Positions 49,151-58,832 of a DNA stretch of 64,000 nt are shown in pieces. The stretch is taken from contig CBDBZU010000004.1 in assembly GCA_965213625.1 (NCBI GenBank), forward strand, positions 58,126 through 122,125, written 5' to 3'. Position 1 is the first letter of the stretch, and the number at the start of each line of letters is the position of its first letter. The notes under the pieces are model-generated. The model saw only the letters and a list, made by a program, of their open reading frames with translations. It was not told the origin of the DNA and did not search any database. Source of the DNA: a bacterium. Lineage in GTDB: Bacteria > UBA8248. The position numbers and the translations under genes are program-made.

Positions 49151-49511
49151 TGGTGGAGGCGGCGGGAATCGAACCCGCGTCCGCAAGGCTTCCGTCGTGA
49201 GCGTCTACGCGCGTAGCCGGTGGAAAGGGTTTCGCCCGGTCTCAAGCCCACCGGCGGGCCATCCTCCGGGCTAGTCCGATTAGATTTCGCCTAGCAGGCT
49301 CCGGACCGAAACCTGGGTCGGCTAGTCCGCATCATGACGTTCCGCACCTCCCCCGCGGACGAGGCGAGGGGGAACGCTCGCTAGCGTTTAAGCAGCGAGA
49401 GCCAGCTCGTTGTCGGCTGGTGTGATTTTGCCACATTGATAACGGGGCCAAGTGGCGTCCCCGGCGCGCAGCTCAGACTTCAAATCCTCCCGTCGAAGCC
49501 AGATCGCCCCC
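49151..49511 (-). ncRNA. ssrA: tmRNA (SsrA)
   Basis: Minus strand: 5' GGGGGCGATCTGGCTTCGACGGG ... 3' GGACGCGGGTTCGATTCCCGCCGCCTCCACCA. The internal tag ORF GCC GAC AAC GAG CTG GCT CTC GCT GCT TAA encodes ADNELALAA. The gene is adjacent to smpB. Confidence 0.9.
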
Positions 49512-49572
49512 ATAAGAAATGAAGCAGAGGCTCCGAGGCGGCGATCATGGCCCCGGGCCCGTTTCTTATACG

Positions 49573-49779
49573 CTATTTACGTCTCCTCCACATTTCGGGA
49601 TAGAAGTCGTAGCTCAGATATGCGGCGGGGAGCAGGAATACCAGCCATATCCACAGCAGCCAGCCCTCGAAGGCTCCCGGCCAAGTAGCGCCTATGGCCA
49701 GACCGAACGCGGCCAACGAGATTTTCAGCAGACTCACCTGCCACCAGCGCATCGTGTAGTCCTTGAAAATGTGCATCAT
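49573..49779 (-). CDS. Possible small membrane protein
   Basis: 68-aa ORF with two hydrophobic helices. Its start overlaps the smpB stop by 4 nt. Confidence 0.3.
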   Translation of the reverse strand: MMHIFKDYTMRWWQVSLLKISLAAFGLAIGATWPGAFEGWLLWIWLVFLLPAAYLSYDFYPEMWRRRK

Positions 49780-50243
49780 CCCCGGTTCCTCTCCCTCAGC
49801 GCGCGCTCAATCTCGCGGTTCGCGGTGCGTTTTTTCAGCTCCTCGCGGCGGTCGTGGAACTTCTTGCCCTTCCCCACGCCAATCTCCACCTTCGCGCGGC
49901 CCCGGGCGAAATACATCTTCATTGGCACGAGCGTCATGCCCCGCTCGTTCACCCGGCCGATCAAGCGTCCAATCTCGCGCTTGTGGAGCAGCAGCTTTCG
50001 CCTGCGCGTGGGCTCGTGGTTGTTGATGTTGCCGTGTCCGTAGGGGCTGATGTGGCAATCGACCAGCCATGCTTCGCCGTTGATGATGTCGCCGAAGCTC
50101 TCTTTTAAGTTCGCGCGGCCCTCGCGGAGCGCCTTCACCTCCGTACCCGTGAGGACGAGGCCCGCCTCATAGGTCTCATCGATCGCATAATCGGCGCGGG
50201 CGCGCCTGTTCTCGGCAACGATTTTTATCCCGCCCGCCATCAC
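49776..50243 (-). CDS. smpB: SsrA-binding protein SmpB
   Basis: IAENRRARADYAIDETYEAGLVLTGTEVKALREGRANL...RRRKLLLHKREI...MTLVPMKMYF. Confidence 0.9.
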   Translation of the reverse strand: MMAGGIKIVAENRRARADYAIDETYEAGLVLTGTEVKALREGRANLKESFGDIINGEAWLVDCHISPYGHGNINNHEPTRRRKLLLHKREIGRLIGRVNERGMTLVPMKMYFARGRAKVEIGVGKGKKFHDRREELKKRTANREIERALRERNRG

Positions 50244-50404
50244 GACACCTCACGAATCCTGAGAAAAAGAAAAAGGAGCGCATCGCTCCCTGAGTCTCTC
50301 CCATATCGAGAAACAATATAGCCCTTCACGGAATTTTTCGCCACAAGGAAAAATTCATGGCTGAATCAATTATCGCCAATCAGACGTCAAGGAGGCTGGG
50401 AGGC

Positions 50405-52696
50405 TCAGGAGCGCTTTCTCCGCTTAATCGCCGCTTTACCCTTCTTCTTGCGCCGTGGGCTCGAGGGTTTCTTCTTCCCGGAGCGACGACGCTCGGTGGA
50501 AATCGCCGCGCGGCGCGATTCCGCCGCATCGCCGACCAACTCCCTCGTCCCGCCCGCCATCAACTGGAACGTGACGCGTCGCGAGGCCAGCTCCACGCCC
50601 TCCACCCGCACCGTGACGGGATCGCCCAGGCGGAATCTGCGGCCGGTCCTTCGGCCCAGCACGGCGTGTTCCTCTGGTATATAGGCGTAGTAGTCATCCG
50701 TCATGAATTCGAGCGGGACCATGCCCTCCACAAAAATATCCTCTAATTCCACGAAAATCCCGAAATTCGCGACGCCCGAGACGTGTCCCCGAAAGCGCTC
50801 GCCGACCTTATCGCGCATGAAGAGCGCCTTCATGAAATCGACCATCTCGCGCGAGGCGGCCTCCGCAGTCCTGTCTCGCTCGGAAATATCTTGGCAAAGG
50901 GCGGCGAGCGGCTTCACCTGCGGCTTTCCGCCTTCGCCGTGAATGAGCCGCGCGAGCCTTCTGTGGACGCACAGGTCAGCGTATCGGCGGATGGGCGAGG
51001 TGAAATGCGTGTAGCGCTCGAAGCCCAGTCCGAAGTGAAGGGCGGGCGCCGCCTCATAGCGCGCAAGCTTCATGCTCCTGAGCGCCGCGAAGTTCACATA
51101 ACGCTCCACGTCCGACCCCTCCACGGCGTCGAATACCTCCTGAAGCCCGCCGGGACGCTTGAGTTCCTCCAGACGCGGCGCTTTCATGCCCAGTTTTGAG
51201 AGAATCGCCCTTAAACCCTGGAGATTCTCCTCCGCCGGCGCCTCATGGACGCGGAAGACGGAAGCCCCGCCCGCGCAGGCGATATATTCCGCCACCGCCC
51301 GGTTCGCCGCCAGCATGCATTCTTCAATCAGGCGGTGCGCGGAAGTTCTGGGAGCGCGCTCTATGCCCGTCGGCAATCCCTCCTTATCGAGCAGCACCTG
51401 GGCTTCGGGCAAATCGAAATCGAGACTGCCCCAGCGCATACGACCCGCGTGGAGCTTCTCCGCAAGCGCCGATAACTCCCGGAGCGGTTCTTCGAGCGCG
51501 CGTGCGCTTTCCGCCTCGTTCACCTCTGGAATCTCCTCGCCTTCCAGAACCGCAGCCGCGCCGCGATAGGTCAAGGATGCGCGCGAGCGAATGCGCGCAA
51601 AGGTGAGGCGCATTTCCGATTGGTTCCCGTATCGGTCAAAATCGATGAAGACGCTCAAGGTCCTGCGAACGGCCCCCTCGCCCAGAGAACACACCTCGCC
51701 CGTGAGGCGGGGCGGCAGCATGGGCACTGCCCTGTCCGGGAGATAAACGCTCGTCCCCCGATCGAGGGCTTCTTTGTCTATCGCGCCGCCTGGTTTCACG
51801 TAATGGCCCACATCGGCGATGTGGACACCCAAGCGGCAGCCGCCGAACTTGAGTTTTTCTATAGAAACCGCGTCGTCACGGTCACGCGCGTCGAAAGGAT
51901 CGATGGTGAACGCGCACAGATCCCTCAAATCTTCCACACCCTCCGGGAAAGGAGTATCCTCCCCCGGCGGAGATATTTTCTTTTCCTCATCCAGAACTTT
52001 TTTTGGGAAATCCTCGCGTATTCCGTGCTTGGCGAGCACCATCCGCCCCTCCGCGGCGGGGTCTTCGGGATAGCCGAACGACCTCAGGATACGCCCTCTG
52101 GCGGGCTCTTTCTGCGTGGGATAGCGGGTAATCTCCACCTCCACCCACTCGCCCCGCTTCGCTCCTCCCCGCTCACCTGCGCCCAGCACCACGAGGTGCG
52201 GTATGCGCCCTCCCTGGGGCTCCACCCACGCGCTACGTCCCTCCACGCAGAGCCTGCCCACCAGGGTTTCGTGCGCGCGCTCTATCACGTCGAGCACGGT
52301 GCCCTCGAGCCTCCCGTCGGGATGGACCTTCTCCACCCTGGCGGAGACCGTATCGCCGTCCATTGCGCCCCGTGTGCGGGTTTTCTTGATCATGATGTCG
52401 GGAGACTTTTCTTTATCGCCGGATTGGCCTGGAGCCACGAACCCGTAGCCTTGCGCGTGTCCCCGGAATCGCCCCTGGTATATGGAGAGGGAACCCGGCG
52501 TCGAATAGCGGCCGCGCACGCGGACGAGCGCACCCTCTTCCGCCATGACGCGCAGGCGTTTTCTGAGCGCAGGCCGCGCGTCGGAGGGTACTTCGAGCAG
52601 GCGCACGAGTTCTCGCACGGCCATCGGCCTGTCCTCACGGGCGATCAGGCGGAATATCTTCTTATCGTCTGGAATTGCTGCCTGGTTGCGCCTCAT
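50405..52696 (-). CDS. rnr: Ribonuclease R
   Basis: RNB-domain motifs (AFTIDPFDARDRDDAVS, HFTSPIRRYADLCVHR), a C-terminal S1 domain (GHVSGVANFGIFVEL) and a Lys/Arg-rich tail. Confidence 0.9.
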   Translation of the reverse strand: MRRNQAAIPDDKKIFRLIAREDRPMAVRELVRLLEVPSDARPALRKRLRVMAEEGALVRVRGRYSTPGSLSIYQGRFRGHAQGYGFVAPGQSGDKEKSPDIMIKKTRTRGAMDGDTVSARVEKVHPDGRLEGTVLDVIERAHETLVGRLCVEGRSAWVEPQGGRIPHLVVLGAGERGGAKRGEWVEVEITRYPTQKEPARGRILRSFGYPEDPAAEGRMVLAKHGIREDFPKKVLDEEKKISPPGEDTPFPEGVEDLRDLCAFTIDPFDARDRDDAVSIEKLKFGGCRLGVHIADVGHYVKPGGAIDKEALDRGTSVYLPDRAVPMLPPRLTGEVCSLGEGAVRRTLSVFIDFDRYGNQSEMRLTFARIRSRASLTYRGAAAVLEGEEIPEVNEAESARALEEPLRELSALAEKLHAGRMRWGSLDFDLPEAQVLLDKEGLPTGIERAPRTSAHRLIEECMLAANRAVAEYIACAGGASVFRVHEAPAEENLQGLRAILSKLGMKAPRLEELKRPGGLQEVFDAVEGSDVERYVNFAALRSMKLARYEAAPALHFGLGFERYTHFTSPIRRYADLCVHRRLARLIHGEGGKPQVKPLAALCQDISERDRTAEAASREMVDFMKALFMRDKVGERFRGHVSGVANFGIFVELEDIFVEGMVPLEFMTDDYYAYIPEEHAVLGRRTGRRFRLGDPVTVRVEGVELASRRVTFQLMAGGTRELVGDAAESRRAAISTERRRSGKKKPSSPRRKKKGKAAIKRRKRS

Positions 52697-52708
52697 GAAC
52701 GATTCAAC

Positions 52709-53371
52709 TTATTCGACATCGTGGACGAACACCTGGTGGCAGTCCACGATGCCGGCATCGGCGAGCTGCACGCAGGTCAGGCACCCGCCGTTTACGGCGC
52801 GCGTGTCTATCCCCAAATAATACGGGAGTCTGTTATTGAGCCCGTCTGTCTGCGTGTGCCCGAAGATGACGGGATTTCCGAAATCATATTCCGCGTAAAG
52901 GAATTCCTCCCGTATCCAGACCATATCCATCGGGTCCTGTCGGTCGATGGGAACGCCCGGCCTCAAACCGGCATGCACGAAGATGAATCCGCGGCTCGTA
53001 TGAATCCACTCGAGGGCATTGAAGAATTTCAGATGCTCAGGCGGCACCAGAACGTCGCCTCCCTCATCACGGTAGTTTTCCAGCGTCGCGTCGCCGCCGT
53101 TCATGAGGTAGACGCCCGAATAATAGTTCCCGCCGCCCGCGAGATAATCCAGGAGCATGTCCTCATGATTGCCCCGCAGGAAAACGGCTTTTGGGTATTC
53201 GCGCTTGAAGCGGAGCAGCAAATCGACCACGGCCTTGGAATCGCGACCCCTGTCAATGTAATCACCGAGAAAGACGATCTGGTCCTCCTCCTGGAAGGGC
53301 ACGCGCTCCACCAGGGCTTCGAGCATGTGAATCTGGCCGTGGATGTCGCCGACCGCGTAGAGGTTGGACAT
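52709..53371 (-). CDS. Metallophosphoesterase (Ser/Thr phosphatase / ApaH-like)
   Basis: AVGDIHGQ...FLGDYIDRG...LRGNHE motifs. Confidence 0.8.
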   Translation of the reverse strand: MSNLYAVGDIHGQIHMLEALVERVPFQEEDQIVFLGDYIDRGRDSKAVVDLLLRFKREYPKAVFLRGNHEDMLLDYLAGGGNYYSGVYLMNGGDATLENYRDEGGDVLVPPEHLKFFNALEWIHTSRGFIFVHAGLRPGVPIDRQDPMDMVWIREEFLYAEYDFGNPVIFGHTQTDGLNNRLPYYLGIDTRAVNGGCLTCVQLADAGIVDCHQVFVHDVE

Positions 53372-53389
53372 GACGAACGTGCACCTCCG

Positions 53390-56122
53390 CTACTTGAGCT
53401 CGCCCCAGTTATCGCCCGTGCTCACGTCCACGTCGAGGGGTACGCGTAATGGCATCGCGCCGCGCATCTCCTCTGCGACGAGGGCGGAGACGCTTTCGAT
53501 CTCTGCGGGCGGTATCTCGAACAAGAGCTCATCGTGCACCTGGACGAGCATGCGCGCTTCTTTTTCTTCGCTCTTCAGGCGATCGGCGATGGCAATCATC
53601 GCGAGCTTGATGATGTCGGCGGCGCTGCCCTGGATCACCGAGTTCACCGCCGTCCGTTCGGCGGCGTTTTTCGCGTTGCGGTTCCGGCTGTTCAGATCGG
53701 GGAGATACCTGCGCCGCCCCATGATGGTGGAAACGTAGCCGCGCGTCCTGCCGCTCTCGATGGTCTCATCCACGAAGGCGGGCACGGAGGCGAAGCGCTC
53801 GAAATAGGTGTCGATGAACGAGCGGGCTTCTGACTGGGGGATGCCGATGGCCTGGGAAAGGCCAAAGGGCCCCTGCCCGTAGATGATCCCGAAATTCACC
53901 GCCTTGGCGACACGGCGCATCTCCGAGTCCACCCCGTCTAGGGCCACGCCGTAGACGGCCGAGGCGGTCGTTGCGTGGATGTCCTCTCCCTTGCCGAAGG
54001 CGTCGACGAGGGCCGGGTCGTTCGTGAAATGCGCCAGCACCCTCAGTTCAATCTGGCTGTAATCCGCGGATAGGAGCTTCCAGCCCTCCTCGGGCAGGAA
54101 GGCCCGGCGAATCTGGCGGCCCAGATCCGTGCGGATGGGGATGTTCTGCAGATTGGGGTCCGAACCGCTCAGCCGGCCCGTGGCGGCGACCGTCTGGTTG
54201 AAGCGCGCGTGGATGCGGCCCGTCCGCGGATTCACGAGTTCGGGCAGGGTATCCACATAGGTGCTCTTGAGCTTGGAGAGCTGTCTGAAACTCAGGATTT
54301 CCTGGGGCAAGGGGTGCTGCGGCGCCAGCCTCTCCAGCGTGTCGATGTCGGTGGAAGGCCCCGTTTTCGTCCTCTTGATCACGGGAAGGTTCAGCTTTTC
54401 GAACAGGATGACGCGCAGCTGCTTGGTGGAATTGATGTTGAACTCCTCGTCCGCCAGCCCGTGGATTTCGCTCGTCATCTGCTCAAGGCGCGTTTCGAGC
54501 TCCTTGCCCATGTTCTGCAGGAATTCCCGATCCAGCCGGATGCCCGCGCGCTCCATTTCGAGCAGCACGCGCAGGAGCGGGACTTCGAGTTCCTCGAAGA
54601 GGCTCACCAGCCCGTCGTTTTCGAGTTGCGGGGCCATCTCCTGGGCCAGGCGGTACGTGATATCCGCATCCTGGCAGGCGTAAGGGGCCGCCGCCTCGAC
54701 CGGCACGTGGGAGAAGGGAATCTCCTTGGCACCCTTGCCGCAAAGATCGGCGTATTTGATGGTCGTCACCCCGAAATACTCCAGCGCCAGATGGTCCATC
54801 CCGTGGCTCCGGCGGCTCGAGAGCAGGAGGTAAGAGGCGAGCATGGTGTCGAACAATGGGCCGCGAACCTCGCGGCCGGCCTCTTTGAGCACCGCGATGT
54901 CGTACTTGATGTTCTGGCCGATTTTCTCGATTTGAGTCGATTCCAGCAGCGGCGAGACCTCACGGAGCACGTCTTCGAGCGGAAGCTGGGGGCCTGCGTC
55001 CATCATCTCGTGTCCCACCGGCACGTAGAACGCGCGGCCGGCGGCGGCGGAGAAGCTGAAGCCCACGATGCGCGCCTTCATGGGGTCGAGCGATGTGGTC
55101 TCCAGGTCGAACGCGAAGCGCCCTGCCTTTTCGAGTTCTGCGAGCATCGACTTGAGATCATCGAGAGTTCTGATGGTGTGGTAGTCGCGCTCCTCCTCTA
55201 CCGCTGGAGTAGCCGCCTCCTCTGCCGCGGCTTCTTCCCCCTCTGCTGCGCTGTAGCCGGGGAGTTGCTCGACGATGTTCTTGAATTCAAGCTCCTCGAG
55301 GAAGAGTTTCCTGCCCGCCTCGATGTCGGCGTCGCCCAGACGGCACGATTCCAGGTCCCCTTCGAGCGCCAGGTCACGCTTGATGGTGCAAAGCTCCCGC
55401 GAGAGCTTCGCCATCTCGACGTTTTCCTCGATGTTCTCCCGCTGCTTGGGACGTTTTATCTGATCCGTGGATGCGAGCACTTCTTCCAGCCCGCCGAACT
55501 GCTGGATGAGGGCGACGGCTGTTTTCTCCCCGATGCCCGGCACGCCCGGAATGTTGTCCGCCGTATCGCCCATGAGCGCCTGGATATCCACGAATTTCTC
55601 GGGCGGCACGCCCCATTTCGCTTCGATCTCCGCAGGCCCCATCTCCTCGTCCTTCATCGGGTCCCAGATGCGCACGTTTTCAGTAACCAACTGGGCGAAA
55701 TCCTTATCCGCCGTCACCAGGACGACCTCGAAATCCTCCGCCTCCGCGCGCGCGGCCAGCGTGCCGATGATGTCGTCGGCCTCGGCGCCCACCTGTACGA
55801 GCAGGGGAATCCGCAGCACCTCGACCACACGGTGCATGAACGGGATCTGCTCGACCAGGTCTTCCGGCGCCGCGTCGCGGTTACCCTTGTAGGCAGGGTA
55901 AATCTCGTGGCGGAAAGTGGGTTCGGGGCGATCGAAGGCGATGGCGACGTACTCGGGCGCGCGCTCGCGAATTACCTTCAGGAGCATTCTGGCGAAGGCC
56001 AGCGTACCGCCCGTGGGCACGCCCTTCGAGTTCGAGAGCCGCTGGCGCATCGTGCCGTAATAGGCGCGGAACATGTAGCCCGAGCCGTCTATCAGAAAGA
56101 TTCGTTTTTTATCTTCCGTCAT
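53390..56122 (-). CDS. polA: DNA polymerase I
   Basis: 910 aa. 5' nuclease N-terminus (IFLIDGSGYMFRAYY), a 3'-5' exonuclease region, and polymerase motifs (LLSADYSQIELRVLAH, RRVAKAVNFGIIYG, LVQVHDELLFE). Confidence 0.95.
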   Translation of the reverse strand: MTEDKKRIFLIDGSGYMFRAYYGTMRQRLSNSKGVPTGGTLAFARMLLKVIRERAPEYVAIAFDRPEPTFRHEIYPAYKGNRDAAPEDLVEQIPFMHRVVEVLRIPLLVQVGAEADDIIGTLAARAEAEDFEVVLVTADKDFAQLVTENVRIWDPMKDEEMGPAEIEAKWGVPPEKFVDIQALMGDTADNIPGVPGIGEKTAVALIQQFGGLEEVLASTDQIKRPKQRENIEENVEMAKLSRELCTIKRDLALEGDLESCRLGDADIEAGRKLFLEELEFKNIVEQLPGYSAAEGEEAAAEEAATPAVEEERDYHTIRTLDDLKSMLAELEKAGRFAFDLETTSLDPMKARIVGFSFSAAAGRAFYVPVGHEMMDAGPQLPLEDVLREVSPLLESTQIEKIGQNIKYDIAVLKEAGREVRGPLFDTMLASYLLLSSRRSHGMDHLALEYFGVTTIKYADLCGKGAKEIPFSHVPVEAAAPYACQDADITYRLAQEMAPQLENDGLVSLFEELEVPLLRVLLEMERAGIRLDREFLQNMGKELETRLEQMTSEIHGLADEEFNINSTKQLRVILFEKLNLPVIKRTKTGPSTDIDTLERLAPQHPLPQEILSFRQLSKLKSTYVDTLPELVNPRTGRIHARFNQTVAATGRLSGSDPNLQNIPIRTDLGRQIRRAFLPEEGWKLLSADYSQIELRVLAHFTNDPALVDAFGKGEDIHATTASAVYGVALDGVDSEMRRVAKAVNFGIIYGQGPFGLSQAIGIPQSEARSFIDTYFERFASVPAFVDETIESGRTRGYVSTIMGRRRYLPDLNSRNRNAKNAAERTAVNSVIQGSAADIIKLAMIAIADRLKSEEKEARMLVQVHDELLFEIPPAEIESVSALVAEEMRGAMPLRVPLDVDVSTGDNWGELK

Positions 56123-56360
56123 GTCTCAACGCGTGAAAGAGGAAAGGAGGCGGTCCGGCCCCAAGTTTGCACGGAAGCACTTTTCCCGCAACCCGCAGCG
56201 GCGAACCCCTGTTCGCCTCGCCGCAGGGGTCTCTGCGGGCGGCCCATCCGTTTGCGGGTAAGGCTCGATGAGTGCGTACACCCGCAATTTTCAGAGGTGG
56301 AGGAGACCCGATAATTACAAGGCGCAATGGTTCCCGAAGTAAAAATCGTCTTCTCGCCGG

Positions 56361-57386
56361 CTAACCGATGACTTCGTCCCCCGTAATGGCCGCTTCGCCA
56401 TAAACTTCGGGGTTGAAGACGTCATACGGCCGCTTTCCGACGATAAAACGCTCGATATTCATCACCGTGCGCAAGGCCATCTCCTCGCGCGTCTCTCGAC
56501 CCGCGCTGCCCATGTGCGGGGTAAGGACGACGTTCGGCAGATCTTTAAGCCCCGCTATCGGCCCCGGATTGGGCTCGGGAACCTCGGTCTGATAGACGTC
56601 CAGCCCGGCGCCCCGGATTCGCTTTTCTCTCAGGGCTTTCTCCAGGGCCGCCTCGTCCAATACGAGGCCACGCGAAGTGTTGATCAGGATGGCGCTCGGC
56701 TTCATGAGAGAGATGAGGTGTTCGTCGATGAGACCCACCGTCTCTTTGGTGAGCGCCGGGGTCAACGCGATGAAATCCGCTTCTCTGAACAAATCGTCCA
56801 GGGTGCGGAATTCGGCTGAACCGAGGACAAATTCCTCCGCCGGGCTCAGCGGGGTGCGCTTGTTATAGGTAATGCGCATATCGCATGCGGCGGCTTTGCG
56901 CGCCACCAGTTGCCCGATCCGGCCCATCCCGACGATTCCGAGCGTCTTGCCGAAGAGGCGCGTACCCATGAAAGCCATCGACTGATTCTGCCGCCAGCGG
57001 TCCTCCCGGAGGAACGTATCCGCCTCCGGCAATCGCCACGCCGTCGCCATCAAGAGGGCGAACGTGAATTCCGCGGTTGTTTTCTGTGTCATGCTTTTTT
57101 GGCCCGAGACCGGAATGTTGCGGCGCGTCGCCGCTGCAAAATCGATGAACTTCGCCGACCCGTGCATGACGGAGACGAACTGCAACTCTTTCGCCGCGTC
57201 GAACACTCGCTCGTTGAAGGGAATCTCCCCGATGCCGAACAGAATGTGTTTGTCGCGCACGGCTTCGAGCAGCTCTGCTTCCGGAATCATGCGGTCGACG
57301 TGCGGATATGTGGTCACCTCGCCCAGAGTATCAAGCTTGGCGGCAGCGGCCTCCGGAATCGGTTGCGGCACAAAAATTCTTTTCAT
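56361..57386 (-). CDS. D-isomer-specific 2-hydroxyacid dehydrogenase (glyoxylate/hydroxypyruvate reductase-like)
   Basis: GKTLGIVGMGRIGQLVARK, LLINTSRG, TPHMGSA. Start chosen at MKRIFVP (57386). Confidence 0.85.
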   Translation of the reverse strand: MKRIFVPQPIPEAAAAKLDTLGEVTTYPHVDRMIPEAELLEAVRDKHILFGIGEIPFNERVFDAAKELQFVSVMHGSAKFIDFAAATRRNIPVSGQKSMTQKTTAEFTFALLMATAWRLPEADTFLREDRWRQNQSMAFMGTRLFGKTLGIVGMGRIGQLVARKAAACDMRITYNKRTPLSPAEEFVLGSAEFRTLDDLFREADFIALTPALTKETVGLIDEHLISLMKPSAILINTSRGLVLDEAALEKALREKRIRGAGLDVYQTEVPEPNPGPIAGLKDLPNVVLTPHMGSAGRETREEMALRTVMNIERFIVGKRPYDVFNPEVYGEAAITGDEVIG

Positions 57387-57938
57387 GATTTTCCTTTCCA
57401 TTATTTTGGAGCCGAAAAAAGTTCATACACAGAAAGTCGATCGGCCACATTTGCCGACGCGCGAGTCATCCTCAATTCTGACTTGGTCGGCGGCTCCCGG
57501 CTATTCGGCTCCGCGACGGAAGCGCATGAAGGGCGGTTTACCCATTGCCGAGAGATGTCTAAGCAAGGTTCCGACTGCACCGCCGGGTGTCGCAGACGCG
57601 ATCTCCTCGAGCCCATCGACGTAGAACAGGCCACCATCCCTCCCTGCACGCTCATACCAAGACTCGAGGAAAACGGTATGCATGGATACAATGTACATGT
57701 TATCCACCCGGCTCTTGAACCACCCTACTCCGAGCGGGGAAGAATGACTACCTCTCCTCGGTATACTCGACTCCCCGCACCGTAGTTAGCGGCATCGGGC
57801 ATACTTGGAAGTGAGGCGCGATTCCCCCTCTATCAAAAAAATTCCACTTCCCCTCTCCCCCGCATCCTTGCTATCCTGAATACGTTTCAATGAGTCGACT
57901 CCAAAAGCGCAAGACCAGTGGCAAGGAGGTTCCTGTCC

Positions 57939-58715
57939 ATGTCCGCAGAATGCTGCGATAATGTAGGGCAAATCAAAAGCGCCGTTCGAGAGCTCTATGC
58001 GAAAGTCGCCGCCGGGGAAGTTTCCTGCTGCGGGGAGGCGGACGCCGAGATGCCCATGGGCGCCGAAAACGTCGATTGCATCGGATATTCGGCAGCGGTC
58101 GTGGAGGAACTTCCCCCGGACGTTTTAACCGCCAACGCGGGATGCGGGAATCCCATTGAGGACGCGCATCCCAAGCCGGGCGAGATGGTGCTAGATCTGG
58201 GCTCGGGCGCGGGGCTGGATTGTTTTCTCGCCGCGAAGGAGGTGGGGCCGGAGGGGAGCGTGATCGGCCTCGACATGACGGACGCCATGCTGGAAAAAGC
58301 CGAGAGAAACAGACGGAACATGGGGCTTCAGAACGTCTCGTTCAGAAAGGGCGAAATGGAGAATATGCCCTTAGAAGACCAATCGGTCGACGTCATCAGC
58401 AGCAACTGTGTCATCAATCTCTCGCCGGACAAGACGGCTGTGTTCCGCGAATCTTTTCGCGTCTTGCGTCCGGGCGGGCGCTTCGTGGTGTCGGACGTCA
58501 TACGGTCGGGCGATGCGTCGGGAGACGAAACCACCGAGTCACCCACAGAAGCCTCCATCGAGGATTGGTGCGCTTGCATCGCGGGCGCCATCAGCGAGGA
58601 TGCGTACACCGCCGGTTTGCGCGAGGCCGGTTTCACCGACGTGGAAATCATTGGGCGTAAACCTTACGTTTCGCCTGAACTCGCGAGCGCGACCATCCGG
58701 GCCGTCAAGCCCTGA
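57939..58715 (+). CDS. arsM: Arsenite S-adenosylmethionine methyltransferase-like protein
   Basis: N-terminal Cys pairs (AECCDN, SCCGE), [47 protein letters not shown]. Start behind AAGGAGG. Confidence 0.7.
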   Translation: MSAECCDNVGQIKSAVRELYAKVAAGEVSCCGEADAEMPMGAENVDCIGYSAAVVEELPPDVLTANAGCGNPIEDAHPKPGEMVLDLGSGAGLDCFLAAKEVGPEGSVIGLDMTDAMLEKAERNRRNMGLQNVSFRKGEMENMPLEDQSVDVISSNCVINLSPDKTAVFRESFRVLRPGGRFVVSDVIRSGDASGDETTESPTEASIEDWCACIAGAISEDAYTAGLREAGFTDVEIIGRKPYVSPELASATIRAVKP

Positions 58716-58832
58716 CTTATCTACCTCCAGCCGAAGCAAAAAAATTGTGAATCCACAACCGGGCGGAAAGACGCCTTATCATTGACACCCCTCGTTCGCG
58801 GGTGCTAACAATCCGGTTCGGCTTTTCCCATC

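Noticed and set aside
54209-56314. 701-aa ORF antisense to polA, and similar long antisense ORFs (51620..53449+, 21999..23285-, 19591..20472-, 28518..29513+, 34080..35036-, 46613..47542-, 42136..43128+, 43382..44509+, 16196..17173-, 39729..40511+)
   Set aside because: All lie opposite genes with clear family signatures. Their translations are Arg/Gly/His-rich with no motifs. They are typical shadow ORFs of high-GC DNA.
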